Source: Myxococcota bacterium
GTDB taxonomy: Bacteria; Myxococcota_A; UBA796
Length of the DNA stretch: 64,000 nt
Direction of reading: 5' to 3'
Assembly: GCA_047621685.1 (NCBI GenBank)
Contig: JBLHNG010000002.1
Span: forward strand, 2,350 to 66,349
Within the stretch, counting starts at the first letter, position 1. Each line of letters opens with the position of its first letter. The notes below the pieces were generated by a model that was not told where the DNA came from, did not search any database, and saw only the letters and a list, made by a program, of their open reading frames with translations. Made by a program: the position numbers and the translations under genes. Below are positions 63,525 through 64,000 of the stretch, piece after piece.

Positions 63525-64000
63525 TTACTTCGCAGCAACATCTCCAGGCAGCTCCAGGGTGACCTGTCCGGAGGAGTCAAACGACAGCACGTCCATTGGG
63601 CAGACCGCGATGCAGATGCCGCAGTGGATGCACGAGGTGTTGGTGTTGTCGAACGGGATCTGGTTCTTGGCGAAGTACATGACGTCCACGCCGACCTGAC
63701 AGTACCGACTGCACTCCGTACAGGTGATGCACTTGTCGTTGCTGACGATCTTGAGCTTTCCGAACCACGCGGAGAGCAGCTTCATGTAGTTGGCCAGCGG
63801 GCACCAGTACCGACACCAGATCTTGCCGCCGAAGAACGGGTAGAAGCCGATGGGCAGCACCGCGACCAGCCAGAAGTCGACGACATAGGCGTAGGACTCC
63901 CACACCGCGTTGTCGCCGTGGGTCTTGAAGAACAGCACGATCGCCAACGCACTTCCCACTGCCCAGACCAGCACGATGGTCGCCTGGAATTCCCACAGCC
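63525..64000 (-). CDS. membrane-bound 4Fe-4S-binding protein (NapH/MauN/YccM-like), 3' part only; gene runs off the window end
   Basis: TM helices, then ..GKIWCRYWCPLA.., CITCTECSRYC and CIHCGICIAVCP ferredoxin motifs. The frame stays open to position 64000. Confidence 0.7.
   Translation of the reverse strand, partial: LWEFQATIVLVWAVGSALAIVLFFKTHGDNAVWESYAYVVDFWLVAVLPIGFYPFFGGKIWCRYWCPLANYMKLLSAWFGKLKIVSNDKCITCTECSRYCQVGVDVMYFAKNQIPFDNTNTSCIHCGICIAVCPMDVLSFDSSGQVTLELPGDVAAK

Noticed and set aside
1-64000. Mobile elements, prophage, integrons or defence islands
   Set aside because: No integrase, transposase, recombinase, terminal inverted repeats, nuclease/helicase/methyltransferase clusters or tRNA-flanked junctions were seen. 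The tail-fibre-like gene stands alone, with no other phage structural genes nearby.

Overview
GC-rich bacterial chromosomal window (about two-thirds G+C by eye, not computed) with about 60 protein-coding genes. I recognised no rRNA, tRNA, CRISPR array, transposase or integrase. Several markers suggest a Myxococcota/Bradymonadota-like organism, but this is inference only: a MYXO-CTERM-like tail, MopE-type Cys/Asp 'putative metal-binding' repeats, a CxxxxCH/CxxCH cytochrome, FG-GAP repeats and many lipoproteins with acidic linkers. Positions 1-12.7 kb form a minus-strand denitrification island. It contains nirK (lipoprotein, C-terminal cytochrome c fusion), nirV, senC/SCO1, norC (extra cytochrome c domain), norB, norQ and norD. 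A convergent Rrf2 (NsrR-like) regulator follows, then a nap locus in which NapD-NapA sit behind a tetrahaem cytochrome, an NrfC-type FeS protein and an NrfD-type membrane protein. A near-perfect 24-bp AT-rich palindrome lies at the same distance upstream of both nirK and norC. The remaining 51 kb mixes housekeeping genes with lipoprotein-rich accessory genes. Housekeeping genes include a sigma factor, YebC, GST, PlsC, truncated haemoglobin, TauE, a GNAT and an M15 peptidase. Accessory genes include tail-fibre/YadA-head-like, FG-GAP, beta-helix, CotH, pentapeptide and glycine-rich proteins. Best leads: (1) a thioredoxin-fold lipoprotein with an in-frame TGA exactly at the first Cys of the CxxC motif plus a SECIS-like hairpin, so a selenoprotein candidate; (2) the shared nirK/norC palindrome; (3) the unusual Nap electron-input module; (4) an uncharacterised B12-type radical SAM three-gene cassette; (5) built-in cytochrome c domains on both NirK and NorC. 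Three loci look frame-disrupted, either as pseudogenes or from assembly indels. All functional calls come from reading the translations by eye; no database searches were run.
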